NCBI GenBank assembly: GCA_028280285.1
Contig: JANQMA010000012.1
Location: forward strand, 24,817-88,816
From: Candidatus Omnitrophota bacterium
GTDB lineage: Bacteria; Omnitrophota; Gorgyraeia; Zapsychrales; Zapsychraceae
DNA length: 64,000 nt
Direction: 5' to 3'
Each line of letters opens with the position of its first letter. The stretch's first letter is position 1. The notes below the pieces were generated by a model. The model had not been told where the DNA came from, ran no database searches, and worked only from the letters and a program-made list of their open reading frames with translations. Position numbers and translations under genes: made by a program. Shown here piece by piece: positions 27,837 through 38,152 of this stretch.

Positions 27837-29000
27837 ATGGGCGAACAAAGAGCACCGAAGCTCAAAATCAATATTCATCCTGTCGTCGGGCGACACGCTA
27901 CCTGGCTTGAACTTTTCTACGATCTTGTCTACGTTGCCGTTTTGGCTCAACTGACCCATATGTTCATCGAGGATTTTACCTTTGATGGGCTCATGCGTCT
28001 TGTATTTTTATTGGTTGTTGTTTTATGGGCTTGGGCCGGACACACGATGTATTCTAACCGCTTTGACATGGATGATAGTGTCCATCGGATTTTAACATTT
28101 TTGCAGATGTTTCTTGCACTTCTTTTGGCTGTGTTTATTACGCATGCCTTCGATGAGACAGCGAACGCATTTGCCATGACCTATTTCGGTATTCGTTTTT
28201 TGTATGTTCTGAGTTATCTACGAATTATTTCTTACCATAAAAATTTAGCTAAACCGCTTATGCCGGTGATTCTTGGCTTTGGTTTCGAGTGCTTACTCTG
28301 GATTATTTCTATTTATGTCCCAACGCCATTTAAATTTCTTGTTTGGGCGGAAGCTATTATTATTTCTCTATATGTGCCGCGTTTAGGTATTAAAGGGTTT
28401 GAAAAGGCTCCGGTTCATCCCGAACATTTACCGGAACGTCTCGGATTATTCGTTATTGTTGTTTTGGGAGAGTCGATTGTTGCGGTGGTTACGGGTATTT
28501 CCCATATTCAATGGCATGTGGTCGAGTTAGTGACGGCGGTTTCTGGTTTTGTACTGGCTGTCAGTATTTGGTGGTTATACTTTGAGTTTTTAGAGCGGTT
28601 TATTGTCGGGGAGAAGATGCGTACCGGGCATATGTATTTGTACGGGCACATTCCTCTTTATATAGGACTCACTCTTCTGGCGGTAGGGATCGGACAGATT
28701 ATTTTAAGTGAACCATGGGTTCCCCAACAGGAGATTCGCTCGACGATTTGTGTAGGGCTTTTGCTTTTTCTCGCTCCCCTTGCTTATTGGCGGTCTACCC
28801 GCATACCTTTTCACGAGATGTTTAAAGTTATGTTGCCCGACTTTATCATGCTGGTGGGTATTGTGGTTATCTTTTTTTGTAATGAGTTTTGGACACCTTC
28901 GGTATTTTCGGCTGTCTGTGCGACAATATTCCTGATTTATGTTGTGCAAAAACATAACTGTTGTTACTCTAAAGAGCGATTAAAGCGTAAAAGAATGTGA
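27837..29000 (+). CDS. ltrA: Low temperature requirement protein A family membrane protein
   Basis: ATWLELFYDLVYV; HLPERLGLFVIVVLGES. Confidence 0.88.
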   Translation: MGEQRAPKLKINIHPVVGRHATWLELFYDLVYVAVLAQLTHMFIEDFTFDGLMRLVFLLVVVLWAWAGHTMYSNRFDMDDSVHRILTFLQMFLALLLAVFITHAFDETANAFAMTYFGIRFLYVLSYLRIISYHKNLAKPLMPVILGFGFECLLWIISIYVPTPFKFLVWAEAIIISLYVPRLGIKGFEKAPVHPEHLPERLGLFVIVVLGESIVAVVTGISHIQWHVVELVTAVSGFVLAVSIWWLYFEFLERFIVGEKMRTGHMYLYGHIPLYIGLTLLAVGIGQIILSEPWVPQQEIRSTICVGLLLFLAPLAYWRSTRIPFHEMFKVMLPDFIMLVGIVVIFFCNEFWTPSVFSAVCATIFLIYVVQKHNCCYSKERLKRKRM

Positions 29001-29095
29001 TTATCGTTTATCGGTTTTGAGGCGCGTTACGTCCTTCGACCTTTGTCTGTTGAATCGTGTCTTTAAACTGGCTGTGGAACATAAAATTTTAATAT

Positions 29096-30073
29096 ATGAG
29101 AATAAAACAGTCGTTTTTGATTAAATTTATGTGCATCATCAGTATGGTGCTGTGTCTGCCGCGGTTAAGCGTCGCCGAAATATTCGTTCCGCAAAGAGAA
29201 GAGACGCTTTTGGTTATCGGTCAGGATAAGGATAATCTTATCGCTTATATTGATGAGATGAGAACGATCCCGGCGGGGTTTATGTTTTATACATCAATCC
29301 AGGTTACCGATGGTCTTTTTGAGCCGGCACCGGACAGAGGGGCGGGCATTCAGCATGCCCAGTATTTTATCGAGAATTATCCCAACACGGTTGTGCAGTT
29401 GGGGCTTTATATGGTCGGGGCATTGGACGATACTGTGCGAGGTGTTTATGATGCAAACATTGATAAGTTAGCCAAGTGGATTAAACAGACGCAAAGGCCG
29501 GTTTATTTGCGCATCGGCTATGAGTTTGATTTGTCGGAAAATGGGTATGATTCAGAAAAATATATTAAGGCGTTCCGGTATGTTGTTGACTATTTAAGAG
29601 AAAACAATGTAACTAATGCCAATTATGTCTGGCATTCGTATGGGTATATTAATCCTGGCAAATTGCCGCAGCAGTGGTATCCAGGAGATGAATATGTTGA
29701 TTGGATTGGCGTGTCTTATTTTAATGCATTTAATAAGTGGAATATAGATTATGTGCAACGGTTTGCGACTGGACGGCAAAAACCGTTTATGATTGCTGAG
29801 GCAACGCCTTATCGCATCGGCGTTGAAGGGGGTAAGGACTCTTGGAAAAGATGGTACCGGCACTTTTTTGCATTTATCGAAGAAAATAATGTGAGAATGG
29901 TTTCTTACATTAGTGCGGACTGGAATAAATTGTCTATGTTCCGTGAAGAACAGTGGGGGGATTCGCGTGTCTATATGGACCGTAGCGTTAAGAAAAGCTG
30001 GCGTAAAGAAATTAAAAAGAAACGTTATTTACTTTCGTCCGAGGAGTTGTTTCAAAAACTGAACTATGAATGA
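29096..30073 (+). CDS. Exported glycoside hydrolase, GH26-like
   Basis: YLRIGYEFD (acid/base), WYPGDEYVDWIGVS, FMIAEATP (nucleophile). Confidence 0.8.
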   Translation: MRIKQSFLIKFMCIISMVLCLPRLSVAEIFVPQREETLLVIGQDKDNLIAYIDEMRTIPAGFMFYTSIQVTDGLFEPAPDRGAGIQHAQYFIENYPNTVVQLGLYMVGALDDTVRGVYDANIDKLAKWIKQTQRPVYLRIGYEFDLSENGYDSEKYIKAFRYVVDYLRENNVTNANYVWHSYGYINPGKLPQQWYPGDEYVDWIGVSYFNAFNKWNIDYVQRFATGRQKPFMIAEATPYRIGVEGGKDSWKRWYRHFFAFIEENNVRMVSYISADWNKLSMFREEQWGDSRVYMDRSVKKSWRKEIKKKRYLLSSEELFQKLNYE

Positions 30074-30746
30074 GCCGATCGGGGTCACCCAAATTTTTAA
30101 AACTGCTGTAGAATTATACAAAAGAAACTTCAAGATTTTTATTTCTATTAGTCTGCTTTTTGCGGTTACAACAGTTGGTTTGTCTAAAGTTCTCAATGTT
30201 CAGAATAATGGTGGTCCTGCGGAATTTATATTTTTTCTTTTATCTACCATTGTCTCTAGTTGGTTCTCCATGGCGCTTATGTACACGAGTGTTTTTTTAC
30301 TTCAGGGTAAGAAAGTTGACTTTACACAGGTACTGAGGCTTCCGCAAGAGAGATATTTTTACTATTTGATTGTTAACGGCATTTTGGTGGTTATGGTCAT
30401 GTGCGGGTTATTTTTGTTTATTGTGCCTGGCATTTATTTGGCTATTATTTATAATTTTTCGTCTACGTTATGTGTTCTTGAAAAAACAGATCTTAGGACA
30501 TCATTTCTTAAAAGCACGTTTCTTGTGAAAGGCTATTTTTTTAATATACTCGGATTTTTTATGATCATTGCTGCCTTGGTTTTTACACCCGAGATGCTGA
30601 TTATGCCGCTTAAAGAAAACAATCCTTCCATTGCGCTTGCCATAGGACGGATTTTAGCGACGCTTGTCTTACCGGTTGTGATGATCAGCCAGGTCGGTCT
30701 TTATTTGAGAATGACTGAACTTAAAAAACATATGTTAGGGGCCTAA
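30066..30746 (+). CDS. Integral membrane protein (YciC/GDPD-membrane-like)
   Basis: Multiple TM helices; GLFLFIVPGIYL; SFLKSTFLVKG. Confidence 0.7.
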   Translation: MNEPIGVTQIFKTAVELYKRNFKIFISISLLFAVTTVGLSKVLNVQNNGGPAEFIFFLLSTIVSSWFSMALMYTSVFLLQGKKVDFTQVLRLPQERYFYYLIVNGILVVMVMCGLFLFIVPGIYLAIIYNFSSTLCVLEKTDLRTSFLKSTFLVKGYFFNILGFFMIIAALVFTPEMLIMPLKENNPSIALAIGRILATLVLPVVMISQVGLYLRMTELKKHMLGA

Positions 30747-32050
30747 TGGGCGAACAATCTTTCAGTGTTTCACAACTTAATTATTTGATCAAAGATTCGA
30801 TCAACGGGTGTTTTCCGCATCTTGTGTGGGTGACGGGGGAAATCCAGGGATTTGACCGCAATAAAAATAAAAGCCATGTTTTCTTTGAACTTGTCGAGAA
30901 AGACAAGGGTTCGCATGAAATAAAGGCCAAGATTGGTTTGGTTATCTTTGCCGGGAAGAAGGCTGTGATTGCCGATACTTTAAGAAGAAGCGAGAATGCC
31001 TTTGTCCTTAAAGATGATATTGAAGTGAAGTTTGCCTGCAAGGTCGATTTTTATCCGCCCCACGGAGCGATGCGTTTGATTGTTGAGAGCATTGATCCGG
31101 TACATACGCTTGGTAAAGTTGCACAACAGCGTCAGAAGCTGATTGCTGATTTGAAAAAAGCAGGAACACTTGAGAAAAACAAACAATTGAGTCTGCCACG
31201 GGTGCCGCTTAAAATCGGTCTTGTGACATCGCATGACTCGGCGGCGTATAATGATTTTGTTGACGAGATTGAGGATAGTGGGCTGAGCTTTTCTATTATT
31301 GTGCGCAATACCTTGATGCAGGGGGCTAAAACAGAAAGTGATGTGTGTCAGGCGATCGATGAGCTGCAAAAGATTAAAGGGCTTGATGTGATTGTCATTA
31401 CACGCGGGGGCGGATCGATTGCTGATTTAAGCTGGTTTGATTCGAAAAAAATAGCTGAGAAAATAGCTGTCGCAAGGGTGCCTGTTTTCAGCGGCATTGG
31501 TCATGAAATCAATTCGACTATTGTTGATTTAGCCGGCCACACGTATGCTAAGACCCCGACAGCGATTGCGCAAGTTTTGGTTGACCGTGTAAATATATTT
31601 TTAGAACGACTTGATGAGTTGCAAGAACGCCTGGTAGAGTTGACCGAAGATTATTTTGATCGTCAGCGCACCCGCTTAAAGGATAGAGCGGAACGTTTAA
31701 AATATGGAACCCAAACGTTTCTTAAAGATCACAATGAATTCTTAGTTAAAGTCCGGGAGAATTTGCGTCTGCGTCCAATGGCAGTACTTAAACAGCAGCG
31801 ATTAGCTGTTGCATTGCTTACGCGAGGAGTGAAAAAAAATGCTTTGGATTTTACACAAGATACTCGTCGTCGACTTAGAAATATTGAAAAGGTGATGCAG
31901 GCGTATTCACTGGAAAAAACGTTAAAGCGGGGTTTTAGTATTACGCGAAGTAAAGACGGTAAGGTGGTGCGGGAGACGAAGGCTGTTAAAAAGGGGGATG
32001 AGTTGAGAACGCAGGTGGCGGTGGGAGAGATAATAAGTGAGGTGAAATAA
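30746..32050 (+). CDS. xseA: Exodeoxyribonuclease VII large subunit
   Basis: VWVTGEI, ITRGGGS, SGIGHE, TPTA, LKRGFSI. Confidence 0.93.
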   Translation: MGEQSFSVSQLNYLIKDSINGCFPHLVWVTGEIQGFDRNKNKSHVFFELVEKDKGSHEIKAKIGLVIFAGKKAVIADTLRRSENAFVLKDDIEVKFACKVDFYPPHGAMRLIVESIDPVHTLGKVAQQRQKLIADLKKAGTLEKNKQLSLPRVPLKIGLVTSHDSAAYNDFVDEIEDSGLSFSIIVRNTLMQGAKTESDVCQAIDELQKIKGLDVIVITRGGGSIADLSWFDSKKIAEKIAVARVPVFSGIGHEINSTIVDLAGHTYAKTPTAIAQVLVDRVNIFLERLDELQERLVELTEDYFDRQRTRLKDRAERLKYGTQTFLKDHNEFLVKVRENLRLRPMAVLKQQRLAVALLTRGVKKNALDFTQDTRRRLRNIEKVMQAYSLEKTLKRGFSITRSKDGKVVRETKAVKKGDELRTQVAVGEIISEVK

Positions 32051-32054
32051 TAAA

Positions 32055-32120
32055 GTGATTTGGGATTGGTGCTTGATGGTTGGTTTTAAAACCAATCACA
32101 AACCACCAGCCGCCGATCAC
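32055..32120. repeat. Heptamer-period palindromic element (GTGATTG-like, 4+4 units)
   Basis: gtgattt gggattg gtgcttg atggttg ... caatcac aaaccac cagccgc cgatcac. Confidence 0.75.
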
Positions 32121-32142
32121 GCAATCAATAAAGGAGTCGTAA

Positions 32143-32340
32143 GTGCCAGAAATCAAATATTCAAAATCTATCGAGAAGCTTGAGAAAATTATCGAAAATA
32201 TTGAAAACGAAGAGATTGATGTCGATGAGTTAGCCAAACAAGTCAAAGAAGCGGTGGGTTTGATCAAAACCTGTAAAGATAAAATTACCAAGGCGGAAAC
32301 GGAGGTCAAGAATGTGGTCGATGCTTTGGAGGATGAATAA
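32143..32340 (+). CDS. xseB: Exodeoxyribonuclease VII small subunit
   Basis: AAGGAG SD; LEKIIENIE..IDVDEL..VKEA..LIKTC; follows xseA. Confidence 0.9.
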   Translation: MPEIKYSKSIEKLEKIIENIENEEIDVDELAKQVKEAVGLIKTCKDKITKAETEVKNVVDALEDE

Positions 32341-32343
32341 GTT

Positions 32344-33591
32344 TTGAACTTATCTAATTTCCTCAAGACATTAGGCCCAGGCCTAATCTTCGCCGGGACC
32401 TGTATTGGTGTTTCTCACCTCGTGCAATCCACAAGGGCCGGGGCGAATTACGGTTTTATCATGCTGTGGTTTGTCATTGCCGCCAACATCTTTAAATTTC
32501 CTTTTTTTGAATTTGCCCCGCGTTATGTTCAGGCGACGGATAATAACTTGCTCGTCGGGTACAAAAAGGTTGGGAACTGGGCGTTTTATTTATTTTTTAT
32601 TCTTTCGCTTTTGACCATGTTTCCGATTCAGGCAGCGGTAACGCTTATTTGCACAGGGCTGTTTGTCAATTTGTTTGGTTGGCCGTTTGATCATGTTTAC
32701 ATGGTGGCGTTGATTCTTGCGATTTGTTGTACGATTCTTCTTTTAGGTCGATATCCGCTGCTGGATAAATTAATGAAGGCGATGATTTTGTTCCTCGGTA
32801 TTTCAACGATTATTGCGCTCGGGGCAGCGATCATTAAAGGTGGTGCGGCGCAGCCAGAATTCAGTAATAAATTTGTCTGGGATGGTGTCGGTGTGGCTTT
32901 TCTTGTTGCTCTTATGGGTTGGATGCCGACGACCATGGAGATCGGTGTCTGGCATTCGTTCTGGACGGCCGAGCGCGCTAAACAAACCGGTTACAAACCA
33001 ACACTTAAAGAAGTGCTTCTCGATTTTCATATCGGTTATTGGGGAACAATGGTGATGGCGGTGTTTTTTGTTTCTCTGGGCGCACTGGTTATGTATGGGA
33101 CTGGCGCGACATTTAGTAATTCGGCAGCGGGCTTTACGGGGCAAGTGATTGAACTTTATACTAAGTCACTCGGCAGTTGGAGCCATTGGGTGATTGGTAT
33201 TGCGGCCGCGACCACGATGTTTTCAACGACGATTTGTTGTTTGGATGCCTTCCCGCGTGTGTTTCGCGAGGCTGTGATCATCATTAATCCGCAAATGGTA
33301 AAAAAAAAGGATATGTTATATTTGGTCTGGATATTACTCGTGGCGGCTGTTTCGGTTCTTATTATTGGAAAGTTTTTGTATCGCATTAAGGTGCTTGTTG
33401 ATTTTGCCACTATTCTTGCCTTTTTGGCAACACCGGTTTTTGCTTTTATTAATTTAAGAACAGTGACGGATCAACATGTTCCAGAAGACAAACGTCCATC
33501 TAAAGGACTCATTGCTTTTAGTTGGCTGTGCATTTTGCTTTTAGCCGGCTTCGGTCTGTTTTTCCTCTATTGGCGATTTGTACTAACATAA
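32344..33591 (+). CDS. NRAMP-like divalent metal transporter family membrane protein
   Basis: LGPGLIFAGTCIGVSHLVQSTRAGA; ALMGWMP; about 11 TM segments. Confidence 0.8.
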   Translation: MNLSNFLKTLGPGLIFAGTCIGVSHLVQSTRAGANYGFIMLWFVIAANIFKFPFFEFAPRYVQATDNNLLVGYKKVGNWAFYLFFILSLLTMFPIQAAVTLICTGLFVNLFGWPFDHVYMVALILAICCTILLLGRYPLLDKLMKAMILFLGISTIIALGAAIIKGGAAQPEFSNKFVWDGVGVAFLVALMGWMPTTMEIGVWHSFWTAERAKQTGYKPTLKEVLLDFHIGYWGTMVMAVFFVSLGALVMYGTGATFSNSAAGFTGQVIELYTKSLGSWSHWVIGIAAATTMFSTTICCLDAFPRVFREAVIIINPQMVKKKDMLYLVWILLVAAVSVLIIGKFLYRIKVLVDFATILAFLATPVFAFINLRTVTDQHVPEDKRPSKGLIAFSWLCILLLAGFGLFFLYWRFVLT

Positions 33592-33683
33592 TTTCGCTTT
33601 GAACTCTGCCTATTTGAAACGGACATTGGTCGAGAACATAAAATGAAGGTTTTAAAAATTTTTATTAAACGTAAGGATATGCA

Positions 33684-34691
33684 ATGGAAAAACAGACAAT
33701 AATAGTTATTCCCGGCGACGGAATTGGACCAAGTATTGTTGAGGCAACGGTTAATGTGCTTGATGCACTCGGGTGCGCATTTGAATACGTGCATTGTGAT
33801 GCCGGACTTGCGGCGGTTGAAAAAGGCGAAGACCTTATCCCGCAAAACACATTGGATTTAATTGCCGCACACAAAGTGGCACTCAAAGGACCGATCACAA
33901 CTCCCGTGGGAGAGGGTTTTAGTTCGATCAATGTTGCGTTGCGTAAGACCTTTGAGTTGTATGCAAACGTGCGTCCGGTGATTACGTTTGTCGGGACAAA
34001 ATCACGTTTTGAGGACATTGATATCATTACGATTCGTGAGAACACAGAGGGTATGTATTCGGGCGAAGGCCAGACGCTCAGTGACGGGGGGGAATATGCC
34101 GAGGCCATGAGTGTTGTAACCAGAGAAGGCTCCGCGCGTGTGCTCAAGTTTGCCTACGAATTGGCCCGCAAAAAGGGGCGTAAAAAAATCACGGTGGTCC
34201 ACAAAGCAAATATCCTTAAAACAACCTCCGGCCTTTTTCTTGATACGGCACGTGAGGTTGCCAAGGAGTATACGGATATTGAATCAACGGAGATGATTGT
34301 GGATAATTGCTGCATGCAGTTGGTGATGAATCCGCATCAGTTTGATATGATTGTCACCACGAATCTTTTTGGGGATATTATTTCTGATTTATGTGCTGGC
34401 CTTGTCGGTGGGCTTGGGATGGCGCCGGGGGCCAATATCGGGGATAAGGCGGCCATTTTTGAAGCGGTGCACGGCAGCGCGCCGGACATTGCCGGGCAAA
34501 ATATTGCCAATCCCACGTCGATCATGCTGGCTGCGGCATTAATGCTCGATTATTTGGGGATGCCGGATAAGGCGGATAAGCTGCGCACGGCACTGCGTCT
34601 GACGATTGAAGATGAGCGCTCACGCACGCGGGATTTGGGAGGCACGTCTGGCACAACGGAATTTACCGAGGCCGTGATCGCGCATTTTTAA
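33684..34691 (+). CDS. icd: Isocitrate dehydrogenase (NAD-type; isocitrate/isopropylmalate dehydrogenase family)
   Basis: [49 protein letters not shown]. Confidence 0.88.
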   Translation: MEKQTIIVIPGDGIGPSIVEATVNVLDALGCAFEYVHCDAGLAAVEKGEDLIPQNTLDLIAAHKVALKGPITTPVGEGFSSINVALRKTFELYANVRPVITFVGTKSRFEDIDIITIRENTEGMYSGEGQTLSDGGEYAEAMSVVTREGSARVLKFAYELARKKGRKKITVVHKANILKTTSGLFLDTAREVAKEYTDIESTEMIVDNCCMQLVMNPHQFDMIVTTNLFGDIISDLCAGLVGGLGMAPGANIGDKAAIFEAVHGSAPDIAGQNIANPTSIMLAAALMLDYLGMPDKADKLRTALRLTIEDERSRTRDLGGTSGTTEFTEAVIAHF

Positions 34692-34762
34692 TGCCGTGTA
34701 TGATTTATTCTGCTCAAATTTTTCTTTTAAATATGGAATAGGAATGCTATCATTTGGACTCT

Positions 34763-34836
34763 GCGCCCGTAGATCAACTGGATAGATCATCAGTCTTCGG
34801 AACTGAGGGTTGGGGGTTCGAATCCCTCCGGGCGCG
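34763..34836 (+). tRNA. tRNA-Arg (anticodon TCG), CCA not encoded
   Basis: Acceptor gcgcccg/cgggcgc; D-arm gatc..gatc; anticodon arm tcagt-ctTCGga-actga; GGTTCGAATCC; extended -10 TGcTATCAT upstream. Confidence 0.93.
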
Positions 34837-34845
34837 TTTTCTATT

Positions 34846-36426
34846 ATGAATTTTATTAAATTACAAAAAGAGCAGATATTTTTTTGTCTTGTTTTTTTCT
34901 TCATCGCTGCGATCAATTTGCTCATCTATTATCCGTCCTTCTTTCATATCCCGCGGTCTGATCAGCTTATTTACCTTGCCAACACCGCCGACCAAAAGGA
35001 TTGGTTGAGTTTGGCTTTTTCCCATTATGGATATGATCGCGTTGAACATTATTTCTGGGGATGGGATGCGCGCCTTTTCCGTCCCATGTTCTTTTTTATT
35101 TTAGGGACGATGAAGTATTTGTTTCACTATGACTTTGTTCTCTGGCAGGTGACTGTCTTTGTTTTTCATTTATTTGTGCAGTGGCATTTGCTTAAGCTGC
35201 TTGCACGTTTTGGGTCATTGGTTCTTGGCGGCTGCTTAACGCTTTGGTTTTCTTCTTTGATTGCCGGTATTGAAATGGTGACATGGCACCACATCGGTCC
35301 ATATCTGATTTTTGTAAGCCTTATTTTAATGGCACTCGACTGCATTTTTGAAATCATACAATCACAAAAAATAACGTCCAAAAAGCTTATCAAACTCACA
35401 CTATTTTTATTGATTGCCTGTTTTATTTATGAAATTGGGTGTATCTTGGGTGGAATATTTTTTCTTTCAATTATGGCCCTTTATTTTAGATTTAAAAAAG
35501 AGGGTAAAGAGCTGCCGCCGGTCATGATGGCCTTTTGTGTTTTGCTGCCAAGCATCTTTTATGTATTTACGTATTTTTTCGATTTATACATACGCAAAAC
35601 GGATTTTATTCAGGCGGTGGACACGGCCGATGCGTTTGATATTTTAAAAACAATGAAAGCATTCTTTTTCACTTTATGGTGGATGATTTATACAGGTAAT
35701 TTTGCTGCATTTGTCGATATTAAAGTTCTTCAGCGCACCATTTTTAAAGTGACCGGCTTTCATCAGTTTCAATATTTTATGAATCTGACGACTCTTTTAA
35801 AGGTCTACATGATTGCTGTTCTTAGTTTGTGGGTGAGTGGATTATGGATGATTGTGGGCAGTATTGTGAAGGGGGCCTTGAAGAAAAGATGGTTATTTTT
35901 GCTTATCCTGTTTTCTGCGGTTTTTATTCAGATATTCATTATTATTATTGGACGCACCAATTTAAGCGGGCTTCTACCGACACTGATTAATAATTCCTAT
36001 TATGGGTATTTTGTGTGGATTTATTTGGTTGTCTTGATTGGTTTTTTAACGGCAGAATATTGGAGGACCTTAAACAAATTTAATCCAGCCAAAATTATTA
36101 CTGCTTTTTTGATTTTTGGTATTGTTGGGGTCAATGGTAAAATAGTCTATGATGCTAATAAACAGCGTGCACACAATGAGAAAATCAGGTATCATTTGAT
36201 AAAACAGGTAAGGGTTCTTGAAAAGGAGTTTGGGGAGAACTTTTCTTTTGGGATTCAACCGATTATGTCGCCACCCATGACATGGGTTAAACCCAAGACA
36301 GGTAAAGGAGAAAAAGAGTTTAAATACCTGGAGCTGCTTTATCCGCGTCAATTTGATTTTTTTAATCCTCAATATGTTTTTGTTTTGACTCCAGATGGAA
36401 CCATTATGAGAGGAAAGCGGTATTAA
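34846..36426 (+). CDS. Polytopic membrane protein, possible GT-C-type glycosyltransferase
   Basis: PRSDQ after TM1, LFRP motif, about 11-12 TM segments, soluble C-terminus. Confidence 0.6.
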   Translation: MNFIKLQKEQIFFCLVFFFIAAINLLIYYPSFFHIPRSDQLIYLANTADQKDWLSLAFSHYGYDRVEHYFWGWDARLFRPMFFFILGTMKYLFHYDFVLWQVTVFVFHLFVQWHLLKLLARFGSLVLGGCLTLWFSSLIAGIEMVTWHHIGPYLIFVSLILMALDCIFEIIQSQKITSKKLIKLTLFLLIACFIYEIGCILGGIFFLSIMALYFRFKKEGKELPPVMMAFCVLLPSIFYVFTYFFDLYIRKTDFIQAVDTADAFDILKTMKAFFFTLWWMIYTGNFAAFVDIKVLQRTIFKVTGFHQFQYFMNLTTLLKVYMIAVLSLWVSGLWMIVGSIVKGALKKRWLFLLILFSAVFIQIFIIIIGRTNLSGLLPTLINNSYYGYFVWIYLVVLIGFLTAEYWRTLNKFNPAKIITAFLIFGIVGVNGKIVYDANKQRAHNEKIRYHLIKQVRVLEKEFGENFSFGIQPIMSPPMTWVKPKTGKGEKEFKYLELLYPRQFDFFNPQYVFVLTPDGTIMRGKRY

Positions 36427-36530
36427 TTTTTTAATTTCTTGCTTCAGACTTTTTTAGAAATATGCGATACTAATAAAAATAATAACCGATTCTTTTTTGT
36501 ATCTTTAGTGGGTGTTGTGTAAGTAAAAAT

Positions 36531-37103
36531 ATGGCTATTGAGAAATTCGACAATGAACTGGTTGAAAAGGCCATCGTTGAAACAGCTAAAGAAATGTTTC
36601 AGGTGATGCCAAACCCTCCGATGACTAATGATCCTGTTACTGAGATTTGTGATGTTATTGAATACAAGGGACGGATGCGTATTACCAGTTTTGATAAATT
36701 CCAGGCATCGAGTTTTGTTACGGCCGTCAGCTTTTATGGCGATGAGGACAACCTTAAGGAAGAGAAAAACGCACGGGCCACATTAACTGTCAGTGTTAAA
36801 GAAGAGGAGGCGGTGCGGCTACTCACCGGGATTGGTCAGAAAGATTTTGATGAAGAAGACGCAGAGGCTGTGCTTGAGGAGTGCGGCAAGCTCTCTGTGG
36901 CTTTTGCAGAAAAATTTCAGACACATCTAAGTAAATCCGGTTATATGAAATTTGTTATGTCGGAGCCGATCAAAACAAAAAACTCTATTCCCCAAGGTGT
37001 TAACTTTCCATTTAAGATGTATAAGTATTTAGAGGTTCAATTCGAACTTTGGCGTAATATCTGCTTTATTGTCAGCGCTGTTGTTGATCCCACGGCGAAG
37101 TAA
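36531..37103 (+). CDS. CheX/CheC-like protein, degenerate
   Basis: AIVETAKEMF; EECGKLSVAFAEKF..L..SG..FVMSEP layout. Confidence 0.5.
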   Translation: MAIEKFDNELVEKAIVETAKEMFQVMPNPPMTNDPVTEICDVIEYKGRMRITSFDKFQASSFVTAVSFYGDEDNLKEEKNARATLTVSVKEEEAVRLLTGIGQKDFDEEDAEAVLEECGKLSVAFAEKFQTHLSKSGYMKFVMSEPIKTKNSIPQGVNFPFKMYKYLEVQFELWRNICFIVSAVVDPTAK

Positions 37104-37115
37104 AGACCTCCATAG

Positions 37116-37180
37116 GGTTTAATGTTTAATGTGCAATGTTTAATCAGGTTTTTTAAACGTTAAACTTTAAACATTAAACA
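37116..37180. repeat. Heptamer-period palindromic element, TGTTTAA subfamily (between convergent genes)
   Basis: ggtttaa tgtttaa tgtgcaa tgtttaa ... ttaaacg ttaaact ttaaaca ttaaaca. Confidence 0.8.
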
Positions 37181-37191
37181 GATTTTGTCTT

Positions 37192-38010
37192 TTATTTCAA
37201 CATCATCTCACTCCCACACTGATGGGCGATGTTTTCATCAATGGTGAATGTTTGCAGGCTATAGCCGGCCAAGAGCATGCGGCTGGCAATCAGGTTGATT
37301 ATGCGCGGGATGCCTCCTGTTAGACGGTGCACGGCATCTAGGGCATCATCTGTGAACTGCGGGAAGTCTTCATGTGTTTGGATTGAACGTGCGGTTTGAA
37401 TGCGGTGATTGATGTAGGCCTTTGTATTTTCAAGGTTAAAAGCCGACAGGTAAAATCTGAGGGTAATCCGTTGATCAATTTGGCGTAATGCTGTGCCTTG
37501 TAATTTATCAAATAAATCGGCCTGTCCACATAAAATAATTTGTATCAGCTTATCCTTTTCGGTTTCAAGGTTGGATAAAAGACGCAGCTGCTCAAGTTTC
37601 TGAGTATGCAGTTTTTGTGCTTCATCCACAATGAGAAGAATATTACGTCCTTTTTTGCTTTCATTCAGGAAAAAGTAGTTGAGGTGCTCGATGGCATCAT
37701 ATTTATTGTGACAGGGCTCCTCAATACCGAGTTTTTGCGCAATTGTCTTCAAGAGTTCAAGGTCTGACAAATCCGGGTTTAATATTAATATAGTTTCAGT
37801 TGAGTCATCGCACTTGTCTATCAACAGCTTGCATAAGGTTGTTTTGCCCGAACCCACATCACCGGTTAGAAGCATAAGCCCTTTGCGCTCTTTAATGCCG
37901 TAGCTTAGGTGAGAGAGGGCCTTTTCATGTTGTTCGCTGGGGTAGTAAAATTTTTTATCGGCGGTTTCTCTAAATGGATCTATTGTTAAATGGTAGAAGT
38001 CTGTGTACAT
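37192..38010 (-). CDS. ExeA/GspA-like secretion-associated AAA ATPase (no periplasmic domain)
   Basis: MYTDFYHL..DPF, TGDVGSGKTT, IVDEAQ, LRLLSNLET, GGIPRIIN. Confidence 0.88.
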   Translation of the reverse strand: MYTDFYHLTIDPFRETADKKFYYPSEQHEKALSHLSYGIKERKGLMLLTGDVGSGKTTLCKLLIDKCDDSTETILILNPDLSDLELLKTIAQKLGIEEPCHNKYDAIEHLNYFFLNESKKGRNILLIVDEAQKLHTQKLEQLRLLSNLETEKDKLIQIILCGQADLFDKLQGTALRQIDQRITLRFYLSAFNLENTKAYINHRIQTARSIQTHEDFPQFTDDALDAVHRLTGGIPRIINLIASRMLLAGYSLQTFTIDENIAHQCGSEMMLK

Positions 38011-38028
38011 GGTGTGTATTTTAGCACA

Positions 38029-38079
38029 GATAAAAGGCGACGGGCACTTTTTTCAAAAAAGTGACCGTCGCCCTTTATC
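38029..38079. repeat. 25-bp near-perfect inverted repeat between divergent genes
   Basis: gataaaaggcgacgggcactttttt-c-aaaaaagtgaccgtcgccctttatc. Confidence 0.75.
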
Positions 38080-38082
38080 CTA

Positions 38083-38110
38083 TTGACTTAGCTTCTCTGC
38101 GCGATATAAT
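38083..38110 (+). promoter_or_regulatory. Sigma70-like promoter
   Basis: TTGACT-16 bp-TATAAT. Confidence 0.6.
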
Positions 38111-38152
38111 GACACTATACTATAACCCTTTTATTTTCATTAACTTTCACAC

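Noticed and set aside
29000-29075. Weakly periodic intergenic stretch
   Set aside because: No convincing inverted arms or consistent period.
34810-34845. N-terminal extension of the 34810 ORF
   Set aside because: Overlaps the tRNA T-arm and acceptor stem; ATG 34846 is the plausible start.
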